The notes beneath the pieces are model-generated. The model was not told where the DNA came from, did not search any database, and saw only the letters and a list, made by a program, of their open reading frames with translations. A DNA stretch of 63,280 nucleotides, counting the filler, from Octopus bimaculoides (taxonomy: Eukaryota), in assembly GCF_001194135.2 (NCBI RefSeq). It is 8 parts of 7 records of this genome, joined end to end, with 100 filler letters (N's around TTAATTAATTAA, not from the genome) between each part and the next. Parts side by side here need not be neighbours in the genome. Positions count along the whole stretch, not along the records: positions 44,189 to 51,844 come from NC_068986.1; positions 51,945 to 56,231 come from NC_068983.1; positions 56,332 to 58,900 come from NC_068999.1; positions 59,001 to 61,206 come from NC_068987.1; positions 61,307 to 63,280 come from NC_069009.1; 3 more parts are not named here. One strand, given 5' to 3'. Position 1 is the stretch's first letter; each line of letters begins with the position of its first letter. Positions 51,257 through 63,280 of the stretch are shown here, one piece after another. A program made the translations under genes and the position numbers.

Positions 51257-51844
51257 TATAAACATAATTAAGGGATCAGCAAACAGTTGCTTCACCACAT
51301 ACCGAAGTTCAGAAATAGCAGCTAAAAAGCTGAGACTCCAACAGATAGCATTACTTGTAACTCACAAAGGCAAAACAAGAAGAAAAAACAATGAAAACTA
51401 ACCAGTCGAAGTTAATCATAGACGCGTTTCTGGCTTAGGAGCGATAACACTCCATTTCCTCTTCGGTATGATATTCTAGTTGTAAATTCGACGGTGCTAG
51501 CAAATTGTGCATGCATGACAGAGTGAACATCATGCATCGGCACAACCTGAAAACACCTCCGAATCTACATAGGCCAGCCAGTCCACTGTTTCTCCTCAAG
51601 AAATTACCATGTGCGTCACAAGCAATACCGCAGAAAATGTGCGGTTTACTATCAGGGAGTGAATAATTATTACAATTAAAAGGGTAAAGGTTTATCAATT
51701 TATTAATTTATTAATAAATTAACAATTAATAATTTTTACCAAGCCCTTCGGTATGAAAACACCATTATCGGTGGAGAACTTATTTAAAAGTTCTTATACA
51801 TTTATAAACATAATTAAGGGATCAGCAAACAGTTGCTTCACCAC
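51257..51844 (-). mobile_element. Hammerhead-containing repeat unit (546-nt period), Penelope pseudo-LTR or retrozyme-like
   Basis: 42-bp exact direct repeat at 51257-51298 and 51803-51844 (second cut by a gap) bracketing a hammerhead. Confidence 0.55.
51415..51472 (-). ncRNA. Type I hammerhead ribozyme fold (U4C core variant, extended stem II)
   Basis: AUCAUA-CCGAAGA-GGAAAU-GGAGUG(uuau)CGCUCC-UAAGCCA-GAAACGCGUC/UAUGAU: 6-bp stem I, palindromic ACGCGU stem III, GUC cleavage triplet (cut between 51421 and 51420). Confidence 0.7.
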
Positions 51845-51944
51845 NNNNNNNNNNNNNNNNNNNNNNNNNNNNNNNNNNNNNNNNNNNNTTAATTAATTAA
51901 NNNNNNNNNNNNNNNNNNNNNNNNNNNNNNNNNNNNNNNNNNNN

Positions 51945-51991
<47 letters not shown>

Positions 51992-51992
51992 T

Positions 51993-52741
51993 ATGGGAAC
52001 GAGAATGGGCGCCGAATATGCGAACCGTTTCGTTGGCCCAAATATTCTCAAGTTTCACTGTCCCACTCCCGAACTGTACGGTTGTTACATTGACGACTGT
52101 ATCGGTGCGCTCTCATTCTCCCACGAGCAACCAACTAGATTCCTTTCTCTTTTTTGTTAAATATTTCCGTCCTGCCCTCCACTTCTCCTGCACTATTTCC
52201 GATACTTCCGTAGCCTTTTTCGACATTTCTGTTAGTATCCATCACCCCACTCTCACCACCTCCATCCACTACTAACACACAGACTCACACTCACACCTCA
52301 ACTTCTCCTCCTCCAACATTAAACACACCAAGCTTTCCATTCCGTATTCCCAATTCCTCTGTCTACACAGGCTGTGCAGTGACAACCATGACTTTAAGAC
52401 TCATGACTCGCCAGTTCTTCCTACGTGGATATCCCCTCACCAGAGCACGTCCATGGACCGTGTATCTGCTCTCTCACCCTGCACCCGCCCCACTGTCACC
52501 CGTCTTCCGTTTCCTCTCACCTTCCACCCCAACATCCTACCTCTCCAACGCACCATTCTCCGAGCCTTCCATCCAATCCAGTCCGACCCATCCACTTCAC
52601 AAACCTTTCTTAACTAGCACCTCCCCTCCTTCAAACGAGCCCACAACTTACGACACCTCTTGCGCCACAGTTTCTTCCCTAACCCAACCTCTCAACCCAG
52701 TACTTTCCTCTGCTCCTGCCCTGGCTGCCGCACTTTTAAGT
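51993..52741 (+). mobile_element. Penelope-like element RT/thumb fragment (pseudogenised)
   Basis: MGTRMGAEYANRFVG; YIDD at 52086-52097; FRPALHFSCTISDTSVAFFDISV; TDSHSHLNFSSS; KLSIPYSQFLCLHRLCSD; ends at Cys-rich linker TFLCSCPGCRT; stops and frameshifts. Confidence 0.92.
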
Positions 52742-52782
52742 AAAATGTTCTTGTTATTGTTCTGTACTTTACACACACACAC

Positions 52783-52853
<71 letters not shown>

Positions 52854-53220
52854 TGACTAGATATATCTATCTACCTATATATGTATGTATATAGAAATAT
52901 ACATATGTGAGGGTGAGTGAGTCTGTGTGTTTCTGCGAGTGTGTGCGTGCGTGTGTATGTACGCGCGCGTAATTGTGTTTGTATATGTGTATCATACATA
53001 GACAGAACTATATATGTACATACGCACTAATAGATAAATACGTAACATATACGGATGAGTGAGAATATGTGTTCACGAGCTTCGCTCTGTGCACGTAGGT
53101 AAATGTTGAGGGAAGTGTAGAGAAAGAGATTTATATTTGCTCTTCATTTTTGGATGCTTTACATTAAGTAGGTGTAATAAATATTGCCTTTGAAGTATAT
53201 ACAATATTTAAAATTGTCTC

Positions 53221-53269
<49 letters not shown>

Positions 53270-53948
53270 NNNNNNNNNNNNNNNNNNNNNNNNNNNNNNN
53301 NNNNNNNNNNNNNNNNNNNNNNNNNNNNNNNNNNNNNNNNNNNNNNNNNNNNNNNNNNNNNNNNNNNNNNNNNNNNNNNNNNNNNNNNNNNNNNNNNNNN
53401 NNNNNNNNNNNNNNNNNNNNNNNNNNNNNNNNNNNNNNNNNNNNNNNNNNNNNNNNNNNNNNNNNNNNNNNNNNNNNNNNNNNNNNNNNNNNNNNNNNNN
53501 NNNNNNNNNNNNNNNNNNNNNNNNNNNNNNNNNNNNNNNNNNNNNNNNNNNNNNNNNNNNNNNNNNNNNNNNNNNNNNNNNNNNNNNNNNNNNNNNNNNN
53601 NNNNNNNNNNNNNNNNNNNNNNNNNNNNNNNNNNNNNNNNNNNNNNNNNNNNNNNNNNNNNNNNNNNNNNNNNNNNNNNNNNNNNNNNNNNNNNNNNNNN
53701 NNNNNNNNNNNNNNNNNNNNNNNNNNNNNNNNNNNNNNNNNNNNNNNNNNNNNNNNNNNNNNNNNNNNNNNNNNNNNNNNNNNNNNNNNNNNNNNNNNNN
53801 NNNNNNNNNNNNNNNNNNNNNNNNNNNNNNNNNNNNNNNNNNNNNNNNNNNNNNNNNNNNNNNNNNNNNNNNNNNNNNNNNNNNNNNNNNNNNNNNNNNN
53901 NNNNNNNNNNNNNNNNNNNNNNNNNNNNNNNNNNNNNNNNNNNNNNNN

Positions 53949-53989
<41 letters not shown>

Positions 53990-54494
53990 ATCTATTTATT
54001 TATATATGTAAATATTCATTTATATATATTTGTGAGTGTGCAGGTGTGTTCGTGTAACTGCATATGTGTCTGAGCAACTGTGCGTGTCATTGATGGGGTG
54101 GGGCTGCATTTCTTTCTTACCTTATTTTCGTTGAAATTTGCATTCAGATACAGTTATTCTACTGGTTGTATGTAGTTAAAATTTATTGTCTTATAAAATA
54201 ACCATAAAGAATAAATATGTATTTCCCCATAACAATCACTTGTAGTGAAACATTAGAACATGTATGTATTAATAAAAGCTTATAGCAGCTACATTCGTTC
54301 ATAATTGGACTTACGTTGACCAACTAAGACACGTAACTGCAAATATCGAGTTAATAAATATTAATACATATTTCTGTCGAATTGTTGTTAGCGAAAGTTG
54401 GCCTGTCAGTTGCAGGAATGAGAGTTCATGAACCAGAATACACACCAGGTCACAAGCAAACAGTCACCTCGATGTACACACACGAGCACAAATA

Positions 54495-54805
54495 CATTTC
54501 TACTGAAACCTCGGGCCGACCAAAGCCTTGTAAGTGGGTTTGGTTGACAGAAACCGAATGACGCCAGTCGTATATACATACATACACACTCACACACACA
54601 CACNNNNNNNNNNATACATACATATATATGTGTGTATGTGCTTGTCACTCCTCCATCACATGATAACCGAAGTTGGTGTGTCTCCGTAATACAGCGATAA
54701 AATAAGTACTAGGCTTACAAAGGATAATTCCTGGGGTCGATTTGTTCGACTAAAGGCAGTGCACAAGCATGGTCTCACGCAAATGACTGAAGCAGGTAAA
54801 AAATA
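54495..54805 (+). mobile_element. SINE family B, degenerate
   Basis: cctcgggccgaccaaagccttgtaagtgg...aagtactaggcttacaa...ctggggtcgatttgttcgactaaaggc. Confidence 0.8.
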
Positions 54806-56154
54806 ATGCCGTTTTGGAGAAAAATTCTTTCCTCAGGCAACAAAGGATAAAACACCAAGAGTCATTTTGGAGCATCGCCTGTAGAGTGATGAAAGCATTT
54901 AAATTTCTATTTTCAGCAACGGATTCTCAATCGAAATAACATTAAAATGCACAATTGCTATTGACGATGTTATTCAAATACATGCAACATGCCACTTTGA
55001 CTAATTTATCTTAGGTTAGATTTGTTTAAATTATCCACGCCATAAATGTTTTCTGCTGTTTTGTGTATCTCAAAGCCCTTTTGATACTGTACGTAAGACA
55101 AACAGTTGACGCACTCATATCTGCTATTGAACTACAAGCACTAGTCCAGTAATGCTCCCTTATCTCCAGAATATAATACTGTTCTTTTCCTTTAGAGTAT
55201 ATTAGTTTGGGGGACTCTTTTATACATGATATTATTTCCCTTTTTTAGAGCTGTTCGTAATTGTCGTTTGGTTTGAAGATAATTCTCACAAATGAAGATT
55301 ATGTCTGATATGCTATTTGACATACACATGGTTGTCTGTCTCTGTATCTCTAATATATCTCTGTCCCTTCATGCGTATATATATATAGAAATATATATAT
55401 ATATTTATATAAATAAGGATAAGATCGATATTTAAAATATTGATCTTATCAAGTGGTCAGCATGGGAATAAAAACCATCAAAGGTAATAATTATTTAAAA
55501 TTATAATACAGGGTATCTAAGAGATACNNNNNNNNNNAATATTGATCTTATCAAGTGGTCAGCATGGGAATAAAAACCATCAAAGGTAATAATTATTTAA
55601 AATTATAATACAGGGTATCTAAGAGATACCGTGTATTATAATCTTATATAGAAATATATATATATAATCATATAACGAGTACAGCAATCGTTTATAGATT
55701 TATGATTTTGCATTGTAAATTTATATTACATGAAATATAATAAACACACTTACATAGCACTTGATTCCTGCTATGAATATAGATATATCATATAATAAAA
55801 TATTTTCCTCGTAAATCATATTTCAGATTTAAATAAGGGTTCAAGCTTAAATTTTATGTTTAGAAATCGTTTTGATTTTGAAAGGTTTTCAACAAGTGTT
55901 TAATAACTTGCTTTTCACACAATTTAGTATATTTATTTATAATTTCCCATTTCTTTAAAACCTAAAATTCAATATCGAATACCCGTTAATTGTTCGATTT
56001 AAAACACTTTTATGATTTCATTAAATTTACAAATTTTTCTATAAATATTCATTATTAAAGCAATTTCTTGTGTTAAGTGTTATGCTCGTCTTGTTTATAG
56101 CATTCATTATCAGAAGTATAACACTATCATTATCGTTATTCAGGTAATATATAC

Positions 56155-56197
<43 letters not shown>

Positions 56198-58265
56198 TTG
56201 TGTGCGTGTGCGTGTGTGTGTGTGTGTGTATNNNNNNNNNNNNNNNNNNNNNNNNNNNNNNNNNNNNNNNNNNNNTTAATTAATTAANNNNNNNNNNNNN
56301 NNNNNNNNNNNNNNNNNNNNNNNNNNNNNNNTATATATATATATATGTATATGTATGTATGTTTGTATGTATGTTTGTTTGTTTGTATCTATGTATGAAG
56401 ATGTGTATGTTTGACTATACACACATATACATATTTGTGTGTATGTATGTCTCTTTACACATATATATAAATGTGTATGCATCTTTGTCTCTCACTATAC
56501 ATCTATAAACTGTATATCTATCTATCTATCTACATATCTACCTATCTATATATCTATATACCCTCACACACATACAATACATACATACATACATACATAT
56601 ATATATATGTGTATATATATATATATNNNNNNNNNNATATATATGTATATCTATGCCTATATCTATCTAGGTGCTTGTCTGCTTGTCGCTCCATCACTTT
56701 ATATAGATATATTTCTCTGTCTGTATATCTTTATCACTCTATATTATTCTGTACACTTTTCAATTTGTTTCTATTTCTACATCTTTTCTACACTCTCTTC
56801 TAGTCCGTCTGTACATTATCTTCTCACCCCCTCACATCCCGCTCACCTTTCTCTCCCCCTCCTCCCTCTCTCTATCCTACTCCTGCTCCTGCTCCTCCTC
56901 CTATCTAACTCTCTATTCCTCTCCGCTTTTCCGTTAACAACTCTTTTCGACTTCCACATAACCATCTACCTCTCTCTCTCCTTATCAGCCATTATCTCTC
57001 TCTCTCCATATCATACCCAGCACTTCTCTCTCCCTCTCAGTCACCCCACCCTCTCTCTTCTCTCACGTACATCTCTGTCTCTTTCCTTTCTCAAACACTC
57101 ATCCATTTTCATTTCCCTATCATCATCTAAACTCGTCTCTCATTCACTCAATCGTCTGTCTATTTTACACCTATTGTCCATCGGTTCGCTCTGTCTGTGT
57201 GTCTCCCCTTCTCTTTCACATTTGAACCCCCTCCCTCTCTTTCTCTTTCTCTTTCTCTCACACTCTATCTGTTCCTCCCACCATCACCCTCATCCCCTTG
57301 CTGTATGCCTATTCTCTTGATATCCTATCCAAGCTTTCTGTCTCCTTATAAAGTTCTATATCATTTCTGTATGCTCCTTGTTATCTTTCTTCTGTATCTA
57401 TTATATCACTCAAACTATTTCTCTCTACTCCCACTCTCCATACACTTTTACAAACATTCACACCCTCTTTCTCTGTCTCACTCTCTTCACCTCTCTCTCT
57501 CTCTCTCTCTCTCACTAACTCTATCCCTCTCTTAACTCTTTCTCTCTCTCATTTTCTCATTCAGCATTTTTTTTTTCAAAAATATCTATTATAGATTCCC
57601 CCTCTCTCTTGCTCTGTCATTTGTTTCACCTTTCCTCTCCCTTCTCCCCCCTCTTCAACTTTCACTTAGTCTCCTTCCCACTCCTACTCATACACTTCCT
57701 GTCCCTTTTCCTCCTACTTTTCCTCTTCCTCCTCCAACACACTTAGAAATCCGCTCACACACACACACACACACACGCAAACGCATACACAGAAAGTCAC
57801 TTACATACACTCACAAGCACACACACACACACACACACACATACACCAGTGTGCACAGACACAAGCATATGCATGTACGAACTCATATATAGCCGCGCGT
57901 ATATACACACGCACATTGACATACGAATTTACATAGACAACAATCCAAATACATTGACTCTCAATAAAAATCCACAAACGCATGCGCATACATACAAATA
58001 TGAACAACCACATCCTTTTCCTCACTCCGTCTCTCTTTCCCTCTCTCTCTTTTTCTCTCTTTCTCTGTCTTTTCGTCTCTTTCTCTCCCCTCTTTTATTC
58101 CTCTTACACACACATATTCAGCCACTTAGAGATATATGCACATGTACATATATATATACACATAATCACAGTCGCAGAAATTAATACGCAAATTTTGTCT
58201 GCGACTGTACACACACAACATATAGTAAACATACGCACGTATACATACATATAGCTATATGCATA

Positions 58266-58300
<35 letters not shown>

Positions 58301-59103
58301 AGAGAGGACGAGAGAGAATGAAAGAAAGAAATGCAGAAAGAAGGAATGAGAGAGTGAGAGAGGGGAGAAAGACAGAGCAATTGTGAGTATGAATGAGCAG
58401 AAGGGGAAAGGGAGAGATGGAGTAGGAGAGCGCGGATCGGCAGTGAAAGAGGGGAAGTGAGAGAGAGAGAGAAAAAAGAGAGGGGGAGAGGAAGTGAGAG
58501 GGAAAGAATATAGAAGTAGTAGCAGAAAGACATACACATTGAAATACACTACAACGCTATTGTCCCGTATGTGAAAATCTATATTCAGCTTTATTGAAAC
58601 GCCTGAAAAGAATTTAGCTCTATTATCTGGGCCTAGAAAATATATTGTTTGAAATTTGAAAGCCGCTTTTCTTACACGGTTAGATATTGTATCACTGGAG
58701 AACCATCAGTATTTTTGCTAAGGAAAAATCAAGCTTATTGATAGTTAGGCTGTTGGGGAAACCACAGTGTTTCATAAGACAGGGTCTTTTGGTCGGAGAA
58801 ACACCGACAAAAATTAGGTGAAAGCTACAATTCCTGGCTCTAACGAGTCCATATATATGTATTATATATGTTTGCACAGATATATATATATATATATATA
58901 NNNNNNNNNNNNNNNNNNNNNNNNNNNNNNNNNNNNNNNNNNNNTTAATTAATTAANNNNNNNNNNNNNNNNNNNNNNNNNNNNNNNNNNNNNNNNNNNN
59001 GAAACTGAGTAAGAGAGAATGTAAAAGAAAAGGAGAGAGTAGAAGGGAAGGAGAGAGAGAGGTGAGAGAGAGAGAAAACGGCAAAGAGAAAAGGTGTGTG
59101 TAC

Positions 59104-59167
<64 letters not shown>

Positions 59168-59740
59168 AGGAAACTGAGTAAGAGAGAAAACACGAGAGAA
59201 AGGGAGAATGAGCAAGTGAAAAAGAGTGAGACTAAGGTAGAGGGAGAGACAAGGAAGGGGAGGGAAAGGGAGAGATTGAAAGAGAGAATGAGAGAGAAAG
59301 GGAGACAGTGAGGAAGAGTGAGAGACAGAGAAGGGGAGAGACTGAATGATAGAGAGAGAGAGAGAGAGAGAGATAGAGAGAGGGGGGTGAGATGATTAGT
59401 GAGCGGAATAAGTGAAGTTTAAGAAAAAGCGTAAGATGAGTAAATAAAATTAATGAAAGAAAAAAAGTTGATAAAAAATCCTCGACGAAGACGAGAGACG
59501 GTGTTTCTAATTTCTCTCTTTCTCTCTCTTTTTATCTTTTATTTCGTCTAATAGTCAGGCGTTGGTGGGTTTTTTTCTTTTTGTGCCTAGTTTCGTATTT
59601 CGTGAACACGCGGTAAAAATAAATCTTTCTTCTGCTTCTTTCACTCAGAAATATATATAACATTAAGAAAAAGGAGAAATTAAAGAGGCTCCTTACGCAC
59701 ACACACGTATGCGCGTATGCACGCACGCACACACACACAC

Positions 59741-59774
<34 letters not shown>

Positions 59775-59777
<3 letters not shown>

Positions 59778-59984
59778 CTGTCTCTGTCTCTGTCTGTCTC
59801 TGTCTGTCTCTGTCTGTCTGTCTGTCTGNNNNNNNNNNACACACTCTCTGTCTCTGTCTCTGTCTGTCTCTGTCTGTCTGTCTGTCTGTCTCTGTCTGTC
59901 TGTCTGTCTGTCTCTGTCTCTGTCTGTCTGTCTGTCTCTGTCTCTCTGTCTCTTTCTGTCTCTCTCTGTCTCTCTCTGTCTCTC

Positions 59985-60082
<98 letters not shown>
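59775..60082. repeat. Compound (TCTG)n/(TC)n microsatellite
   Basis: Seen directly; one of dozens of AT, AC, AG, ACAT, AGAT, AAT, ATC and AGAC arrays in the window. Confidence 0.95.
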
Positions 60083-60083
<1 letters not shown>

Positions 60084-60119
60084 TGCGTATGCACACACAC
60101 AAGCACACTCTTGCTGTGA

Positions 60120-60660
60120 ACGAACAAATATTACATACAATTCTGTTAAGAATTCAGAGAGCCTCGATAGGATCACACGATGTGCTAGAAATAGCAGCTA
60201 AATATCTGTTAAATTACGTGTTACCGTCCTAGAAAAGGACACGGTGGATAATGCCCTGGGTTCGCCGGAGAGAGAGAGAGAGAAAGAGAGAGGAAGGGAA
60301 AAAGAGAGGAGCGGTGGAGAGAGAGGGAAGAGAGAGAAAGAGAGAGAGTGAGTGAGAGAGAGAGAGAGAGAGAGACCGTGATGGTCATAGCTGGAAGGCC
60401 TTTAATCATTGACCGGCTTCGAATCGTCACCAGCAACAACTCCAGCCACTTCATGGTTACTAGATTTATTAGAAATAGCAGCTAAATACTCATTAAATCA
60501 TACAATACAGTATTAGAAAAGGACACGTTACATAATGCGGTCCCTGATTTCCCGAAACAGAAAAAAAAAGAAGGATGATAGTCACGGGTGGAATGATTTT
60601 GATCATAGGTCGGCTTGTCCAGCACCGACCTAGGGCCAAACAACAACAAAGCATTTAAAC
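60120..60660 (+). mobile_element. Two fragments of unclassified repeat family E
   Basis: agaaatagcagctaaata...tagaaaaggacacg..ataatgc at ~60187 and ~60472; the 3' part aligns with 35503-35600. Confidence 0.65.
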
Positions 60661-61111
60661 CAACGCATACATACATTTCAATCTCGTTCCCTAACACCTT
60701 CGTATCTTAACGCGCACGCGTTATCTCAACGCAAGCACATAGATATTTTTTTAAATTAAATATTTTAAAAGTTTCTTTTTCAAATAAAACATGCAGTTAG
60801 AAAAATACATATAAATGGGGGGAAAAAATTGTAAAATAAATTAGAATTAAAAAAAAGTTGTGTTGTTAATGTTCCCAGCGTCAAGCGATTCCCTCTGTCG
60901 TCTGCTTTTATTCAAATATTTTGAATAAAGCAGACGACAGAAATTTGCAAAACTTGTTGACAACGACTTCGCTTTATTTGTTCACAGATTTTCTGCCTCG
61001 AAATATTATCTGTTTGAAAATATTATTAGGCAAGTTGGTTTTACTTTTATATCTTAGTTATCTTGTTTGTTTGTGTTTTATTATGACTTGTTATTCAATT
61101 TAAGATAATAT

Positions 61112-61159
<48 letters not shown>

Positions 61160-61599
61160 CATTAAGCTATTCGATAGGTATACATACATACATACATACA
61201 TACATANNNNNNNNNNNNNNNNNNNNNNNNNNNNNNNNNNNNNNNNNNNNTTAATTAATTAANNNNNNNNNNNNNNNNNNNNNNNNNNNNNNNNNNNNNN
61301 NNNNNNCACAACAGCTTTGACATCGTAAAATAGCCCATTGCGACGATCTTAAAACTTGATACAAAATACGCAATTTTCTCGAAATTCACAACTTGCAGTA
61401 CCATTATATAGATGTAGTTAGATTATAGATCTCACAGCAGGATGGGGGAAATGCACTGATTCTTTTGAAGCTGTCTTTAATGACAAATGTATAATGAAAG
61501 TCATAGACTGCCTATAAGTGTGAATATAGTAAGGCATGCTAACAATTCTGCAGCAGCAACCTCCTATCACTTCCTTGTTACTGTCTTAACGAGGTGTTT

Positions 61600-62430
61600 C
61601 ATTAATACCAAAATGTGCGCTTTCGCCACATATATCGCCCATCTGCGGCCTTGTCACACACCGATGTTATTCACTTTTGTCTTGTACTGACCTCATCTGT
61701 TGTGGAAATCTCGGCAGTGCATCGCTTCCCCATCACTGATAAAAAATAATTCTCTCCGGCCACATTGACTCGCTACAGAGCAACTCCCAGCCATTTTCGC
61801 AGGAACAAGCCAACTCCCCTGTAATTAAGTTATTGTGACGGACGGCGAATGAGTTTGGGAAATATGGCATATTGGTAAGTTCAGAACTTAAACATGACTT
61901 GTCCAATGTAGATAGCCATGCTTCTGATTTCTTGTTGACTTCACTGATGGATTATATGTCACACTGGTTACGTTAAAAACTCCTTTCCCAGGATTTCCAA
62001 TCGCGTCTATATTATGGATGGTAAATGAACACTACAGACTGAGAAGTAATCACTTCATCTAAGAATACCTATTTTGACTTGGCGGCCTTGAGACTCATGT
62101 GAGCCCAAGCCATCAACTGCCTAAGGGTTTTTGTGCTCTTCCAGCCCATCATGGCATAGTAGGTGTCTCGGTACAGTAACACCGTCCCATCGAGGAAAAC
62201 CTTTCATTCTCTAAGGTAGTTGATGAAGCGCTTCATTGTGTGTGTTTCCTAGAATGCGACGTTACTCTCACATCAAGGGAATCCAGCCATTTCCAGTGGG
62301 ACAAGCTGACTCTCCTGCACTGTGGATATTGTGATCTTAGCTATTTTTATAGGAACCCGCCAACTCATATTCATGGTGGATATCGGAATCTCTTATATGA
62401 AGAGTGGCCAAATATCCCCCGAAAAATACG
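61600..62430 (-). mobile_element. Highly decayed Hero/NeSL-like (RLE-type) non-LTR retrotransposon remnant
   Basis: Minus frame IWPLFI*EIPISTM (~62415-62372) and CDKAADGRYMWRK (from 61658) match the LWPL..YEIP.S and CPKAL..GRY.WRH motifs in the expected order. Confidence 0.55.
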
Positions 62431-63018
62431 ATATTCATAAAGCCACTACTTAAAATTCCCAGGAAGACTTGACATGGCAACTTGTACTCCAAAGCTTGCT
62501 ATTACTTCTTGGCTACATTTATATGCTTGTATTGGATAAGCACCGAGGACAAAGAAACTATATACCCTGTGAACTACTATTCCTATTATACGATATTCAA
62601 CGCTCTATATCAAATGCTCACAGTGAACTGCTACGAACACTAACCGCCAATCACTCACAGATTTTAAATTTATAGTAATAAGTCAGTTCACATTTTAGTC
62701 ACTGGCGTTAACCTTTCAAAACCCTTATAAACAGTACCAGCCTATGTTAATTAGTCATTTTTTTTTATATTTATCATTTCATCAAAACATAATATCGTGG
62801 GATTTCTCGGCAAAATAAAGTTACAAAAGTTTTCGTGCCAAATATTCTTTAAAGGGCTTGTGGCAACGGATACGCGGAAATTAGAAAAAGAATATTATCA
62901 AAGTTGAATGAAGATGTTGAACTAACTTAGTATAAATTGGCCGAGGAATGCCAACAAATAATTCAACCTACGAGAAGATACAAGAAAAATAGAAGAGAAT
63001 AATAATAATAATAATAAT

Positions 63019-63084
<66 letters not shown>

Positions 63085-63197
63085 TGTGATGCATGTGCCT
63101 GGTGTACTCTTATCAGACGGGTAGTCACGATTGCTATAATACGCTTCGTATATTTTACCCCAGTGTCACTTTGATGACATGCACTGCTCTCTCACTC
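63085..63197 (+). mobile_element. ~113-nt retroposon 3' end embedded in (AAT)n, probably Dong/R4-type
   Basis: Unique segment gcatgtgcctggtgtactcttatcagacgggtagtc...ccccagtgtcactttgatgacatgcactgctctctcactc flanked by AAT arrays; family assignment from memory. Confidence 0.55.
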
Positions 63198-63213
63198 AAT
63201 GATAATAATAATG

Positions 63214-63280
<67 letters not shown>

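Noticed and set aside
55436-55629. Exact 92-bp tandem duplication
   Set aside because: The copies (55436-55527, 55538-55629) flank a 10-N gap; most likely an unmerged contig overlap.

Overview
Eukaryotic, AT-rich, microsatellite-saturated draft-assembly window with many N-gaps. The SINE families and repeat load look like a coleoid cephalopod, probably Octopus (recognised from memory, not searched). No host protein-coding gene, tRNA, rRNA or CRISPR array can be firmly identified, and nearly all ORFs in the supplied track are microsatellite or N-gap artefacts. Supported content: (i) many copies of several SINE or SINE-like families; (ii) restriction-like-endonuclease non-LTR retrotransposon fragments of the R4/Dong clade embedded in (AAT)n and, more unusually, in (ACAT)n arrays, plus a decayed Hero/NeSL-like remnant; (iii) a Tx1/L1-type 3' fragment; (iv) several Penelope-like pieces, including an RT fragment and two well-formed type I hammerhead-ribozyme folds with non-canonical cores, one inside a 546-nt directly repeated unit (retrozyme-like); (v) Tc1/mariner and pogo MITEs and long inverted repeats; (vi) a sharp CpG-depletion boundary near 25-28 kb beside a candidate minus-strand start exon (ATGGCGTCTTT|GTAAGT at 28204). 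This suggests the left ~25 kb is the methylated body of an unidentified gene, but its exons remain tentative.
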